Positions 36,899-46,200 of a DNA stretch of 64,000 bases are shown piece by piece. The translations under genes were made by a program, and so were the position numbers. Location: assembly GCA_902805545.1 (NCBI GenBank), contig CADCTD010000040.1, positions 5,026-69,025 on the forward strand, in the 5' to 3' direction. The number at the start of each line of letters is the position of its first letter. Within the stretch, counting starts at the first letter, position 1. The notes beneath the pieces are model-generated. The model saw nothing but the letters and a program-made list of their open reading frames with translations, was not told the origin of the DNA and ran no database searches. The stretch is from an uncultured Craurococcus sp. Its GTDB lineage: Bacteria > Pseudomonadota > Alphaproteobacteria > Acetobacterales > Acetobacteraceae.

Positions 36899-37617
36899 GT
36901 GCCGCGCCGATCCATCTGGGCGGCGAGCGGCTGATGCTCGACCCGGCCGGCGTGCTGCACTGGCCGGCGCGGCGCACGCTGGTCGTCGCCGACCTGCATC
37001 TGGAGAAGGGCAGCGCCTTCGCCGCCGCCGGACGCTTCCTCCCCCCCTACGATACGCGGGAGACGCTCTCCCGCCTCGCCCTGCTGCTCAGGCGCTGGAA
37101 ACCGGCGCGGATCATCGCCCTCGGCGACAGCTTCCACGACCGGCATGGCGCCTCCCGCCTGCCGCCGCCGGAGCTGGAGGCGCTGCACCGCATGCTGGCC
37201 GGGCTCGAGATGCTCTGGGTCCTCGGCAACCATGACCCGGAGCCGCCCGAGGGCCTGCCCGGCCAGGCGGCGGATGAGGTGCGCGACGGCCCGCTCGTCT
37301 TCCGCCACCAGGCCCGCCCGCCGGCCTCCCGCTTCTCGGCCGTTGCGGGCGGCGAGGTCTCCGGCCATTTCCACCCGAAGGCGACCATGCCGACGCGGGC
37401 GGGCGGCATCACCCGCCCCTGCTTCGTCGCCGATGGCAGGCGCCTCGTCCTGCCCGCCTTCGGCGCCTATACCGGCGGCCTCGACGCGCGGGACCCGGCC
37501 ATCGCCGGCCTCTTCCCGCGCGGGGCACGCCTGTTCCTGCTCGGGCGGGAGCGGCTGTTCAGCATGACCGCCTCCCCCGCCCCCCAGCCCGCCCTTACGG
37601 GAACAGGACCTGGCTGA
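36895..37617 (+). CDS. pdeM: ligase-associated DNA damage response endonuclease PdeM (metallophosphoesterase)
   Basis: VADLHLEKG, GDSFHD and GNHD motifs. ATGA overlap with the helicase stop. Confidence 0.85.
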   Translation: MSAAPIHLGGERLMLDPAGVLHWPARRTLVVADLHLEKGSAFAAAGRFLPPYDTRETLSRLALLLRRWKPARIIALGDSFHDRHGASRLPPPELEALHRMLAGLEMLWVLGNHDPEPPEGLPGQAADEVRDGPLVFRHQARPPASRFSAVAGGEVSGHFHPKATMPTRAGGITRPCFVADGRRLVLPAFGAYTGGLDARDPAIAGLFPRGARLFLLGRERLFSMTASPAPQPALTGTGPG

Positions 37618-37725
37618 GGGCGTGGATGATGCCGCTGTTGGCGACGATGTCCGGCGTCTCCCTCGCACGCCCGTCATGAGGCAGGGGCGTGTCGCGCTTT
37701 CGCAGCGGGCGCCTACATACCGGGC

Positions 37726-39180
37726 ATGACGCGCCCCGCCCCTGCCCTGCTCTGGTTCCGCCAGGACCTCCGCCTCGCCGACAACCCCGCCCTCGCCGCC
37801 GCCGCCGACCGGCCCCTGCTGCCGGTCTATGTGCTGGACGACGCCGCGGCCGGGCGATGGGCCCCGGGCGGCGCCGCGCGCTGGTGGCTGCACCGGTCGC
37901 TGACCGCGCTCGCGGGGGCGCTGGCCGCGCGCGGCGCGCCGCTGCTGCTGGTGCGCGGCCGGGCGGAGATCGTCATCCCGGCCCTGGCGAAGGAGATCGG
38001 CGCCGGCGAGGTCCTGGCCGGCCGCCTCTACGAGCCATGGGCCCGCGAGCGCGACGCCCGCGTCGCCGAGGCGCTCGAGGCGGGCGGCCGCAGCCTCCGC
38101 CTCCTGACCTCGACCCTGCTGCGCGAGCCGCCCGAGGTGATGAGCGGCAGCGGCAAGCCCTATACGGTCTACGGCCCCTTCGCCAAGTCGATGGCCACCC
38201 GCGGCGAGCCGCAGCCGCCGCTCCCCGCCCCCGACCGCCTGCACGCCGTCGAAGGTGCCCCGCAGGGCGACCGCCTCGCCGACTGGCAGCTGCTGCCGCA
38301 GCCCCCGACCCCCGATTGGGCCGCCGAATTCGGCACGATCTGGACCCCGGGCGAGGCCGGGGCCGCGGCGCGACTCGCCCGCTTCCTCGCCGGGCCCGTC
38401 CGCGACTACGCCGTCAACCGCAACCTGCCCGGCATCGAGGGCTCCTCCGGCCTCTCGCCGCATCTCCGCTGGGGCGAGGTCTCGCCGCGCCAGGTCTGGC
38501 ATGCGGTGCGCGAGGCCATCCCCGGCGATGTCGAGGCCGCCTGGCCCTTCCTCTCCGAGATCCTTTGGCGGGAATTCTCCTACCACCTGCTCTGGCACCG
38601 GCCGGAGATGCCGGAGGCGGCGCTGCGCGGGCGCTTCGCCCCCTTCCCCTTCGCACCCGATGCGGCGCTGCTGCGCGCCTGGCAGCGCGGCCGCACCGGC
38701 ATCCCCGTCGTCGATGCGGGCATGCGCCAGCTCTGGCGGCATGGCTGGATGCACAACCGCGTCCGCATGATCGCCGCCTCGCTGCTGGTGAAGCAGCTCC
38801 TCCAGCCCTGGCAGGCCGGCTCCGCCTGGTTCTGGGACACGTTGGTCGATGCCGACCTCGCCTCCAACAGCGCCTCCTGGCAGTGGATCGCCGGCAGCGG
38901 GACGGATGCGGCGCCCTATTTCCGCGTCTTCAACCCGGTGCTGCAGGGCGAGAGATTCGACCCCGAAGGCCGCTATGTCCGCCGCTTCGTGCCCGAGCTG
39001 GCGCGGCTGCCCGACCGGTGGCTGCACCAGCCCTGGGCGGCGCCCGAGGCCGTGCTGCAGAAGGCCGGCCTCGTCATCGGCCGCGACTACCCCGCACCCG
39101 TGGTGCTGCCCGAGGATGGCCGCCGCCGCGCCCTCGATGCCTTCGCCCGCCTCCGCACCGGCCAGGAAGCGGAGGCGTGA
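37726..39180 (+). CDS. phr: deoxyribodipyrimidine photolyase/cryptochrome family protein
   Basis: LLWFRQDLRLADNPAL N-terminus and WQWIAGSGTDAAPYFRVFNP FAD-binding C-terminal motif. Confidence 0.92.
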   Translation: MTRPAPALLWFRQDLRLADNPALAAAADRPLLPVYVLDDAAAGRWAPGGAARWWLHRSLTALAGALAARGAPLLLVRGRAEIVIPALAKEIGAGEVLAGRLYEPWARERDARVAEALEAGGRSLRLLTSTLLREPPEVMSGSGKPYTVYGPFAKSMATRGEPQPPLPAPDRLHAVEGAPQGDRLADWQLLPQPPTPDWAAEFGTIWTPGEAGAAARLARFLAGPVRDYAVNRNLPGIEGSSGLSPHLRWGEVSPRQVWHAVREAIPGDVEAAWPFLSEILWREFSYHLLWHRPEMPEAALRGRFAPFPFAPDAALLRAWQRGRTGIPVVDAGMRQLWRHGWMHNRVRMIAASLLVKQLLQPWQAGSAWFWDTLVDADLASNSASWQWIAGSGTDAAPYFRVFNPVLQGERFDPEGRYVRRFVPELARLPDRWLHQPWAAPEAVLQKAGLVIGRDYPAPVVLPEDGRRRALDAFARLRTGQEAEA

Positions 39181-39908
39181 CCGCAGCGGCCCAGGCCGAC
39201 CTCGCCGCCCGCGGCTTCCGCGGCCTGCGCATCGTCGGCGACGTCCACGGGGATGCCGCCGCCTTCGAGCATGCGGTGGCGGGGGCGGAGGCGGAGCGGC
39301 TCTTCATCCTCCAGCTCGGCGACCTGACCGACCACGGGCCCGACAGCCCCGCGGTGCTGCGCCGGATGTTCGGCCTGCTCGATGCCGGGCGCGGCCGCTT
39401 CCTCCTCGGCAACCACGACCACAAGCTGCGCCGCGCGCTGGTCGGGCAGCGCGTGCGGATGGCGGCGGAAGGGCTCGGCCGGACGCTGGCGCAGATCGCC
39501 GAGGCGCCGGATGGCGAGGCGCTGAAGGCGCGCGCCATCGCCGAGATCGCCGCGGCCCCGGCCTGGCTCCGGCTCGGCCATTCGCTCTTCGTCCATGCCG
39601 GCTGGCACCCGCGCATGCTGCGCGAGCCCTCCCCGTCCGATGCCGGCACCCGCAAGCCGGACCCGATGCTCTCACGGGCCCTCTTCGGCCAGGTGACGGG
39701 GCGGATGATGGCCGATGGCTACCCGGAGCGCCTGCATGACTGGGTCGACCGCATCCCCGCCGGCTACACGCTCTATTGCGGCCATGAGCGGCGCTCGGGC
39801 GATGGCCGCCCCTATATCCAGCCGGGCGAGGCCGGGGGCCGGGCCATCTTCCTTGACACCGGCGCCGGCAAGGGCGGCCACCTCTCCTGGATCGACCTAG
39901 GCTGGTGA
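39177..39908 (+). CDS. PPP-family (lambda phosphatase/PrpE-like) metallophosphoesterase
   Basis: The GTG start overlaps the photolyase stop (GTGA). GDVHGD, GDLTDHG and GNHD motifs. Confidence 0.75.
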   Translation: MTAAAQADLAARGFRGLRIVGDVHGDAAAFEHAVAGAEAERLFILQLGDLTDHGPDSPAVLRRMFGLLDAGRGRFLLGNHDHKLRRALVGQRVRMAAEGLGRTLAQIAEAPDGEALKARAIAEIAAAPAWLRLGHSLFVHAGWHPRMLREPSPSDAGTRKPDPMLSRALFGQVTGRMMADGYPERLHDWVDRIPAGYTLYCGHERRSGDGRPYIQPGEAGGRAIFLDTGAGKGGHLSWIDLGW

Positions 39909-40397
39909 GGCAGCCTCGGCCAGCAGCGCATCGAGGTCGAGCCGCCGCGTGACCATGGCGAGGCCGCCCGCCGCATCCTGCGGCCAGTCCGCTGGCGCGC
40001 GGTCGCGGTAGAGCTCCACGCCATTGCCGTCCGGGTCGCGGAGATAGATCGCCTCGGAGACGCCGTGGTCCGAGGCGCCCTCGAGCGGGATGCCCGCCTC
40101 CAGCACCCGCCGCAGCGCGACGGCGAGCGCCGCCCGGTCCGGATAGAGCAGCGCGACGTGGTAAAGGCCGGTCGTCCCCGGCGGCGGCCAGGCGCCGCCC
40201 TCGCTCTCCCAGGTATTGAGCGCGATGTGATGGTGATAGCCGCCGGCGGAGAGGAAGGCGGCGCGGCCTCCCATGCGCTGCTGCACCTCGAGCCCGATCA
40301 CGTCGCGCCAGAAGCCGAGCGCGCGGTCGAGATCGGCGACCTTCAGATGGACATGGCCGATCCGAAGGGCGGGATGGGCGGGCGTCGCGTCGGGCAT
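39897..40397 (-). CDS. VOC family protein (glyoxalase/extradiol dioxygenase-like)
   Basis: Start at MPDATPAHP, preceded by AAGGAG. IGHVHLKVADLDRALGFW and YLRDPDGNGVEL motifs. Confidence 0.8.
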   Translation of the reverse strand: MPDATPAHPALRIGHVHLKVADLDRALGFWRDVIGLEVQQRMGGRAAFLSAGGYHHHIALNTWESEGGAWPPPGTTGLYHVALLYPDRAALAVALRRVLEAGIPLEGASDHGVSEAIYLRDPDGNGVELYRDRAPADWPQDAAGGLAMVTRRLDLDALLAEAASPA

Positions 40398-40413
40398 CGG
40401 ATGATCTCCTTCG

Positions 40414-40447
40414 CCCAAAACAATGGCGCCGCCCCGAGGGCGGCGCC
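40414..40447 (-). terminator. rho-independent terminator of rpoH
   Basis: Perfect 10-bp stem GGCGCCGCCC-TCG-GGGCGGCGCC, followed on the minus strand by ATTGTTTTGGG. Lies 49 nt after the rpoH stop. Confidence 0.6.
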
Positions 40448-40495
40448 AATCATCAGTCTCAATGGTGGTTATCAGACGGCCAGGCGACGCAGCCG

Positions 40496-41377
40496 TCAGA
40501 CCGCGAGCCTCCGCTCGACGATCTGGTTCTTCATGCTCTTCTGCAGCTTCTCGAAGGCGCGCACCTCGATCTGGCGCACGCGCTCGCGGCTGATGTTGTA
40601 CTGCTGCGAGAGCTCCTCGAGCGTCGTCGGCTCGTCCTTCAGCCGCCGCTCGATCAGGATGTGGCGCTCGCGCTCGTTGAGCGTCTTCAGCGCCTCGCCC
40701 AGCAGCATGCGGCGGTTGGACAGGTCCTCGCGGTCGGAGAGCTCGCTTTCCTGCGTCTCCTGGTCATCCACCAGCCAGTCCTGCCACTCACCCTCGCTGT
40801 CGGCGCGGACGGGCGCGTTGAGGCTGTGGTCGGGCGAGGCGAGGCGCCGGTTCATCGACACCACGTCCTGCTCGGGCACCTGCAGCACGCGGGCGATCTT
40901 CGCCACCTGCTCGTTCTGCAGGTCGCCATCCTCGAGCGCGGACATCTGCGCCTTCAACCGGCGCAGGTTGAAGAACAGCTTCTTCTGCGCGGCGGTCGTG
41001 CCCATCTTCACGAGCGACCAGCTGTGCAGGATGTATTCCTGGATGGCGGCGCGGATCCACCACATGGCATAGGTGGCCAGGCGGAAGCCGCGGTCCGGGT
41101 CGAACCGCTTCACCGCCTGCATCATGCCGACGTTGCCCTCGGAGATCAGCTCGCCGACCGGCAGGCCATAGCCGCGATAGCCCATGGCGATCTTGGCCAC
41201 GAGGCGGAGGTGGCTGGTGACGAGCTTATGGGCGGCGCGCTCGTCGCCATGCTCTTTCCACCGCTTCGCGAGGTTGAGTTCCTCCTCCGGGGAGAGCATC
41301 GGAAATTTCCGAATCTCCTGGAGATAGCGCGAGAGGTTGCCCTCGGGAGCAATGGGGATAACAGAGCTGGAAGCCAT
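40496..41377 (-). CDS. rpoH: RNA polymerase sigma-32 (heat shock) factor
   Basis: Regions 2-4 are present, including the RpoH box (AQKKLFFNLRRLK). 293 aa from MASSSVIP. Confidence 0.93.
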   Translation of the reverse strand: MASSSVIPIAPEGNLSRYLQEIRKFPMLSPEEELNLAKRWKEHGDERAAHKLVTSHLRLVAKIAMGYRGYGLPVGELISEGNVGMMQAVKRFDPDRGFRLATYAMWWIRAAIQEYILHSWSLVKMGTTAAQKKLFFNLRRLKAQMSALEDGDLQNEQVAKIARVLQVPEQDVVSMNRRLASPDHSLNAPVRADSEGEWQDWLVDDQETQESELSDREDLSNRRMLLGEALKTLNERERHILIERRLKDEPTTLEELSQQYNISRERVRQIEVRAFEKLQKSMKNQIVERRLAV

Positions 41378-41553
41378 AATGGATATCTGCCTCCTGCGCT
41401 GGCGGGCGACCCCGTGACGGCGGTGCCGGGACCAGCGACGAATCTGGCAGTTGAACGTGCTCCGGGCCCACCCGACCGCGCCTGCCCCGGTCACGACGAG
41501 GCGAGCAAGGCTGCGAATTGGGTATCGGCACCCGGGGAACGCTGCCGGGGCAT

Positions 41554-41582
41554 TTTTTAGCTGAGGTGGTGCCGCAATGCAA
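41554..41582 (-). promoter_or_regulatory. candidate sigma70 promoter TTGCAT-N17-TAAAAA upstream of rpoH
   Basis: Read on the minus strand. It would give a 5' UTR of roughly 170 nt. Assigned by pattern only. Confidence 0.3.
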
Positions 41583-41616
41583 CAAAAATCCGACTACCTG
41601 GCTCGGTTACTCGCCG

Positions 41617-42612
41617 TTACGCCGCGCCATCCTCCGACAGGCAGGCGACGATTTCCGTGAAGTCCGCCGGCGGCGGAACCTGGAAGGACAGCGCCTCGCC
41701 CGTCACCGGATGGCGGAAGCCGAGGCTCGCCGCATGCAGCGCCTGCCGCGGGAAGGCGAGCAGCGCCCCGCGCGCCGGCTCGCGCAGCAGCCGCGCCGCG
41801 GCCGGGGTGCGGCGCAGGTAGACCGGGTCGCCGACCAGCGGATGCCCCCGCTCCGCCAGGTGCACCCGGATCTGATGCGTCCGCCCCGTCGCCAGACGGC
41901 AGCGCAGCAGGGCGCAGGCGGCACCCCAGGCGCGCTCCGTCGCATAGCGGGTGAGCGCATGCTTGCCGTTGCGGGTGACGACGGCCATCCGCTTCCGGTC
42001 CGTCGGGTGGCGGCCGATATCCCCCTCGATCTCGCCCGCCACCGGCTGCGGCACGCCCCAGACCAGGGCCAGGTAGTCCCGGTCGAGGTCCCGGTTGGCG
42101 AAGCTCTCCGAAAGGGTCCGCAGCGCCCGCTCCGTCTTGGCGACGACCATGACGCCGGAGGTGTCCTTGTCGAGCCGGTGGACGATGCCCGGCCGCTTCT
42201 CGCCCCCGATGCCCTCGAGTTCCTCCCCCGCATGGGCCAGGAGCGCATTCACCAGCGTGCCGTCCTGGTTGCCCGGCGCCGGGTGGACGACGAGGCCCGC
42301 CGGCTTGTCGAGCACGATCAGGTCGCGGTCCTCGAAGAGGATGGTGAGCGGGATGTCCTGCGGCAGCGGCAGCGCATCCACCGCGGGCGGGATGGCGAGC
42401 GCATAGGTGCTGCCCGCCCGCACCGCCTCCGCGGCATCGCGCAACGGCTTTCCATCCCGCGTCGCGGCCCCGGCCACGATCAGTGCCTTGACGCGGGAGC
42501 GCGAGAGCGAACCTATCGCCTCCGCCAGGAAGCGGTCGGCACGGGTGCCGGCGGCCTCGGGGCCCGCAATGGCGGTGAAGGTCTCGGAGGGGGTCGCGGT
42601 GAGAGCGCTCAA
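41617..42612 (-). CDS. rluD: RluA-family 23S rRNA pseudouridine synthase (RluD-like)
   Basis: S4-like N-terminus (RADRFLAEA), HRLDKDTSG catalytic motif and [13 protein letters not shown] start at 42612 is proposed, because upstream of it the track ORF is a P/T/S-rich junk frame. Confidence 0.85.
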   Translation of the reverse strand: MSALTATPSETFTAIAGPEAAGTRADRFLAEAIGSLSRSRVKALIVAGAATRDGKPLRDAAEAVRAGSTYALAIPPAVDALPLPQDIPLTILFEDRDLIVLDKPAGLVVHPAPGNQDGTLVNALLAHAGEELEGIGGEKRPGIVHRLDKDTSGVMVVAKTERALRTLSESFANRDLDRDYLALVWGVPQPVAGEIEGDIGRHPTDRKRMAVVTRNGKHALTRYATERAWGAACALLRCRLATGRTHQIRVHLAERGHPLVGDPVYLRRTPAAARLLREPARGALLAFPRQALHAASLGFRHPVTGEALSFQVPPPADFTEIVACLSEDGAA

Positions 42613-42874
42613 GGTCCTGGTCGTCGTGATGGGGGTGCTGATCGTCGGCGGCACCGTGACCCTGGTTGCGCTCCTCGTCCAGCGGGCGGGCGGCGGCGGG
42701 ACCGCCACGGCTTGGCAGGCGGCGCTCGACCAGCCGGAGGGCACGCGCATCGCCGGCGTCGCGGCCGGCGAGGGCGGCATCGGCATCTGGGTCCAGCGGC
42801 CGGATGGCGACCGGGTGCTGGTGGTGGACCCGAAGCGCGGCCGGGTCAGCGGCGAGATCCGCCTCGGCCGATGA
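42599..42874 (+). CDS. small membrane-anchored protein (DUF6476-like)
   Basis: [29 protein letters not shown] helix, then a soluble tail. The start is ambiguous (GTG 42599 or ATG 42629). The stop overlaps the next ATG (ATGA). Confidence 0.5.
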   Translation: MRALKVLVVVMGVLIVGGTVTLVALLVQRAGGGGTATAWQAALDQPEGTRIAGVAAGEGGIGIWVQRPDGDRVLVVDPKRGRVSGEIRLGR

Positions 42875-43032
42875 AGCCGCCCTTGCCGGAGAAGATCTGC
42901 GCCGCCTGCGGCCGGCCCTTCGCCTGGCGGCGCAAATGGGCCCGGGACTGGGAGCAGGTCCGCTTCTGCTCCGAGGCCTGCCGCAGCGGCCGCTACGCGA
43001 AGGCGAAAGAAAAACCCCGGAAGGGCGCTTGA
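42871..43032 (+). CDS. DUF2256 zinc-ribbon protein
   Basis: 53 aa: [31 protein letters not shown]. Confidence 0.7.
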   Translation: MKPPLPEKICAACGRPFAWRRKWARDWEQVRFCSEACRSGRYAKAKEKPRKGA

Positions 43033-43074
43033 TCCCGGCCCCGGTCGCGGCTAGAAAGCGCGCCTCGCGGCCTT

Positions 43075-43150
43075 GTCCCATTCGTCTAGAGGCCTAGGAC
43101 ACCGCCCTCTCACGGCGGCAACAGGGGTTCGAATCCCCTATGGGACGCCA
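43075..43150 (+). tRNA. tRNA-Glu (anticodon CUC)
   Basis: Folded by hand. Acceptor GTCCCAT/ATGGGAC, D-arm GTCT..GGAC, anticodon stem CCGCC/GGCGG with loop CTCTCAC, T-arm AGGGG-TTCGAAT-CCCCT, and encoded CCA. Confidence 0.95.
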
Positions 43151-43207
43151 GCGAGCCTTCCCCCTTTGCCGGAACAACCCGTCCGGGCCGGCCCCGTGGG
43201 GCCCGGC

Positions 43208-46200
43208 TCATGGCCGGGCCGCCTGCGCCGCGCCCTCCACCGGCCGCCCCCGGCGGCGCGCCAGCGCGCGCGCCACCACATAGAAGACCGGCGTGAAGAC
43301 GAGGCCGAACATCGTCACCCCCAGCATGCCGTAGAACACGGAGACGCCGAGGCTCTGGCGCATCTCCGCCCCCGCCCCCGTCGCCACCGTCAGCGGCAGC
43401 ACGCCGAGGATGAAGGCGAGGCTGGTCATCAGGATCGGCCGCAGCCGGGTCCGCGCCGCGGCGACGGCCGCATCCCAGCGGCTCATCCCTTCATCCTCCG
43501 CCGCACGGGCGAATTCCACGATGAGGATCGCGTTCTTCGCCGCCAGCCCGACCAGCACCACCAGCCCGACCTGCACCAGCACGTTGTTGTCGAGCCCGAC
43601 ATGCCTCACGCCGAGCAGCGCCGCCAGCACCGACATCGGCGCGATCAGCACCACGGCCAGCGGCAGCAGCCAGCTCTCGTACATCGCCGCCAGCACGAGG
43701 AAGACGAAGACCACGGCGAAGCCGAAGGCGATGGGCGCGGTATTGCCCGCGATCCGTTCCTGCAGGGCCAGCTCCGTCCACTCGTAGCCGAAGCCCTCCG
43801 GCAGGCTCGTCTTCAGCACCTCCTCCATGGCGGCGATCGCCTGGCCGGTGGAGACGCCCGGCAGCGCCGCCCCCTGCAGCTCCGCCGCCGGGTAGAGGTT
43901 GTAGCGCGGCACGCGATAGGGGCCGGAGGTCTCGCGGAAGGTGGCGAGGCTGCCGAGCGGCACCATCGCCCCGTCATCGGCACGGGTGCGGAGCCGCGAG
44001 ATGTCCTCCACCGCCATGCGGTGCTGCATGTCGGCCTGGGCCGTGACGCGCCAGGTGCGGCCGAGCAGGTTGAAGTCGTTGACGAAAGCGGAGCCCATGT
44101 AGACCGCCATCGTCTCGTGCACGCGGGAGATCGGCACGCCGAGCATCTCCGCCCGCGTGCGGTCGATCTCCGCGCGGATCTGCGGCGTCGCCGTGTTGAA
44201 CAGGCTGAAGGCGAAGGCGATGCCCGGCGTCGCATTCGCCGCCATCATCACCTGCTGCGTCGCCGCCTCCAGCGCCTGCGGGCCGCGGCCGGCGCGGTCC
44301 TGGATCATCAGCTTGAAGCCGCCGCCCGTGCCGATGCCGGGCACCGGCGGCGGCGGGATGACGAGCACCTGCGCATCCGAGTCACCCATCAGCCGGCGCT
44401 GGAGGTCGGCCAGGATGCCGTTGCCGGTCAGGCCCTCCCGCGTGCGGTCCTCGAAGGGCTTGAGGCTGGCGAAGACGACGCCGGTGTTCGGCGCGTTGGT
44501 GAAGGTCGCACCGTCGAAGCCGACGAAGGCGACGGCGCTCTCGACGCCCGGCGTCGCCAGGATCGCATCGGATGCGCGGCGCACCACCGCATCCGTCCGG
44601 CTGAGGCTGGCGCCCGGCGGCAGCTGGAAGGCGGCGATGAAGTAGCCGCGGTCGAGCGGCGGGATCAGCCCGGTCGGCGTGCTCAGCACGGTCTGCCCGG
44701 TCAGCCCCAGCAGCCCGCCATAGACCAGCAGCAGCAGCACGGGCAGCCGCACCAGCCGCCGCGTCAGCCCGCCATAGCCGAGCGAGAGCCGGTCGAAGAG
44801 CCAGTTGAAGCCGCGGAAGAACAGCCCGACCGGCATCAGCCAGCGGGAGCGCGGCGCATGGCCGTGCGGCTTCAGCAGCAGCGCCGCGAGCGCCGGCGAG
44901 AGGGTCAGCGAGACCAGCGCCGAGAGCAGCGTGGCGACCGAGATCGTCGCCGCGAACTGCTTGTAGAAGGCGCCGGCGATGCCGGTGATGAATGCGGTCG
45001 GCAGGAAGACCGCGACCAGCACCAGCGCGATGGCGATGAGGGCGAAGCCCACCTCGTCCATCGTCAGCCGCGCCGCCTCGAGCGGCGAGAGGCCCTCGGC
45101 CATGTGCCGCTCGGCATTCTCGACGACGACGATCGCGTCGTCGACGACGATGCCGATGGCGAGGATCAGGCCGAACATGGTCAGCGAGTTCAGCGTGAAG
45201 CCGAGCGCCAGCAGCACGCCGAAGGTGCCGATGATGGAGACCGGGATGGCGAGCAGCGGGATCACCGCCGCCCGCCAGTTCTGCAGGAACAGGACCACCA
45301 CCAGCACCACCAGCGCCACGGCCTCGGCGAAGGTGTGCAGCACCGCCTCCATGCTCTGGGCGATGAAGCGGGTCGGGTCGTAGACCACGCTGTAGCCGAT
45401 GCCGGAGGGGAAGCCGGGCGCCGCCTCCTCCATGGTCGCCCGCACGGCGGCGGCCGTCTCCAGGGCGTTGCTGCCAGGGCGCTGGAAGATGACGATGGCG
45501 GTCGCCACCTGGTTGTTCAGCAGCGCGTTGATGGTGTAGTCGGCCGCGCCGATCTCGGTGCGCGCCACGTCGCGCAGCCGCACCGGGGCGCCGCCCGCCC
45601 CCGTCGCCACCACCTGCTCGTCGAACTGCTCGGGCGAGACGAGGCGGCCCTGCGCCTGCACGCTCACCTCGAAGGCGCCCGCCTCGGCGGCGCGGGGCGC
45701 CTGGCCGATGGCGCCGGCGGCGACCTGCGCATTGGCCCGCTGCAGGGCCTGCACCACGTCGCCCGGCGAGAGGCCGCGCGCCGCGGTGCGGTCCGGGTCG
45801 AGCCAGACGCGCATCGCGTAGTCCCGCGCGCCGAAGACCTGGGCATCGCCCACGCCGTCGATCCGGGTCAGCCGGTCCTTGATCGCCAGCGTGGCGAAGT
45901 TCGAGACATAGTCGGGGCTGCGGCTGCCGTCGGGCGAGATGAGGTGCACGACCATCAGCAGGTCGGGCGAGGCCTTCTTCACCGTGATGCCGAGGCGCCG
46001 CACCTCTTCCGGCAGGCGCGGCTCGGCGATGGCGACGCGGTTCTGCACCAGCACCTGCGCCTGGTCGACATCGATGCCCTGGCGGAAGACGACGTTGATC
46101 GTCACCCGCCCGTCGCCGGTCGATTGCGAGGAGAGGTAGAGCATCCCGTCCACCCCGTTCACCTCCTGCTCGATCGGCCCGGCGACGGTGCCGGCGATGG

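Noticed and set aside
33212-39027. Two very long minus-strand ORFs (33212-36034, 940 aa; 36490-39027, 845 aa) opposite the kinase, helicase, pdeM and photolyase
   Set aside because: The plus-strand genes carry canonical motifs (APTGGGKT, DEIH, GNHD, WQWIAGSG). The antisense frames have junk composition and no start-site support.
41531-41558. Short GC hairpin followed by T6 on the plus strand, resembling an intrinsic terminator
   Set aside because: There is no plus-strand gene upstream to terminate, because the region is antisense to the rpoH leader. The stem is only 5 bp. The T-run is better explained as the TAAAAA -10 element of a minus-strand rpoH promoter.
43075-43150. tRNA-Glu as the integration site of a genomic island carrying the RND/TetR genes
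   Set aside because: No integrase, excisionase or transposase ORF was seen. I also found no direct repeat of the tRNA 3' end downstream, and the neighbours have normal composition.
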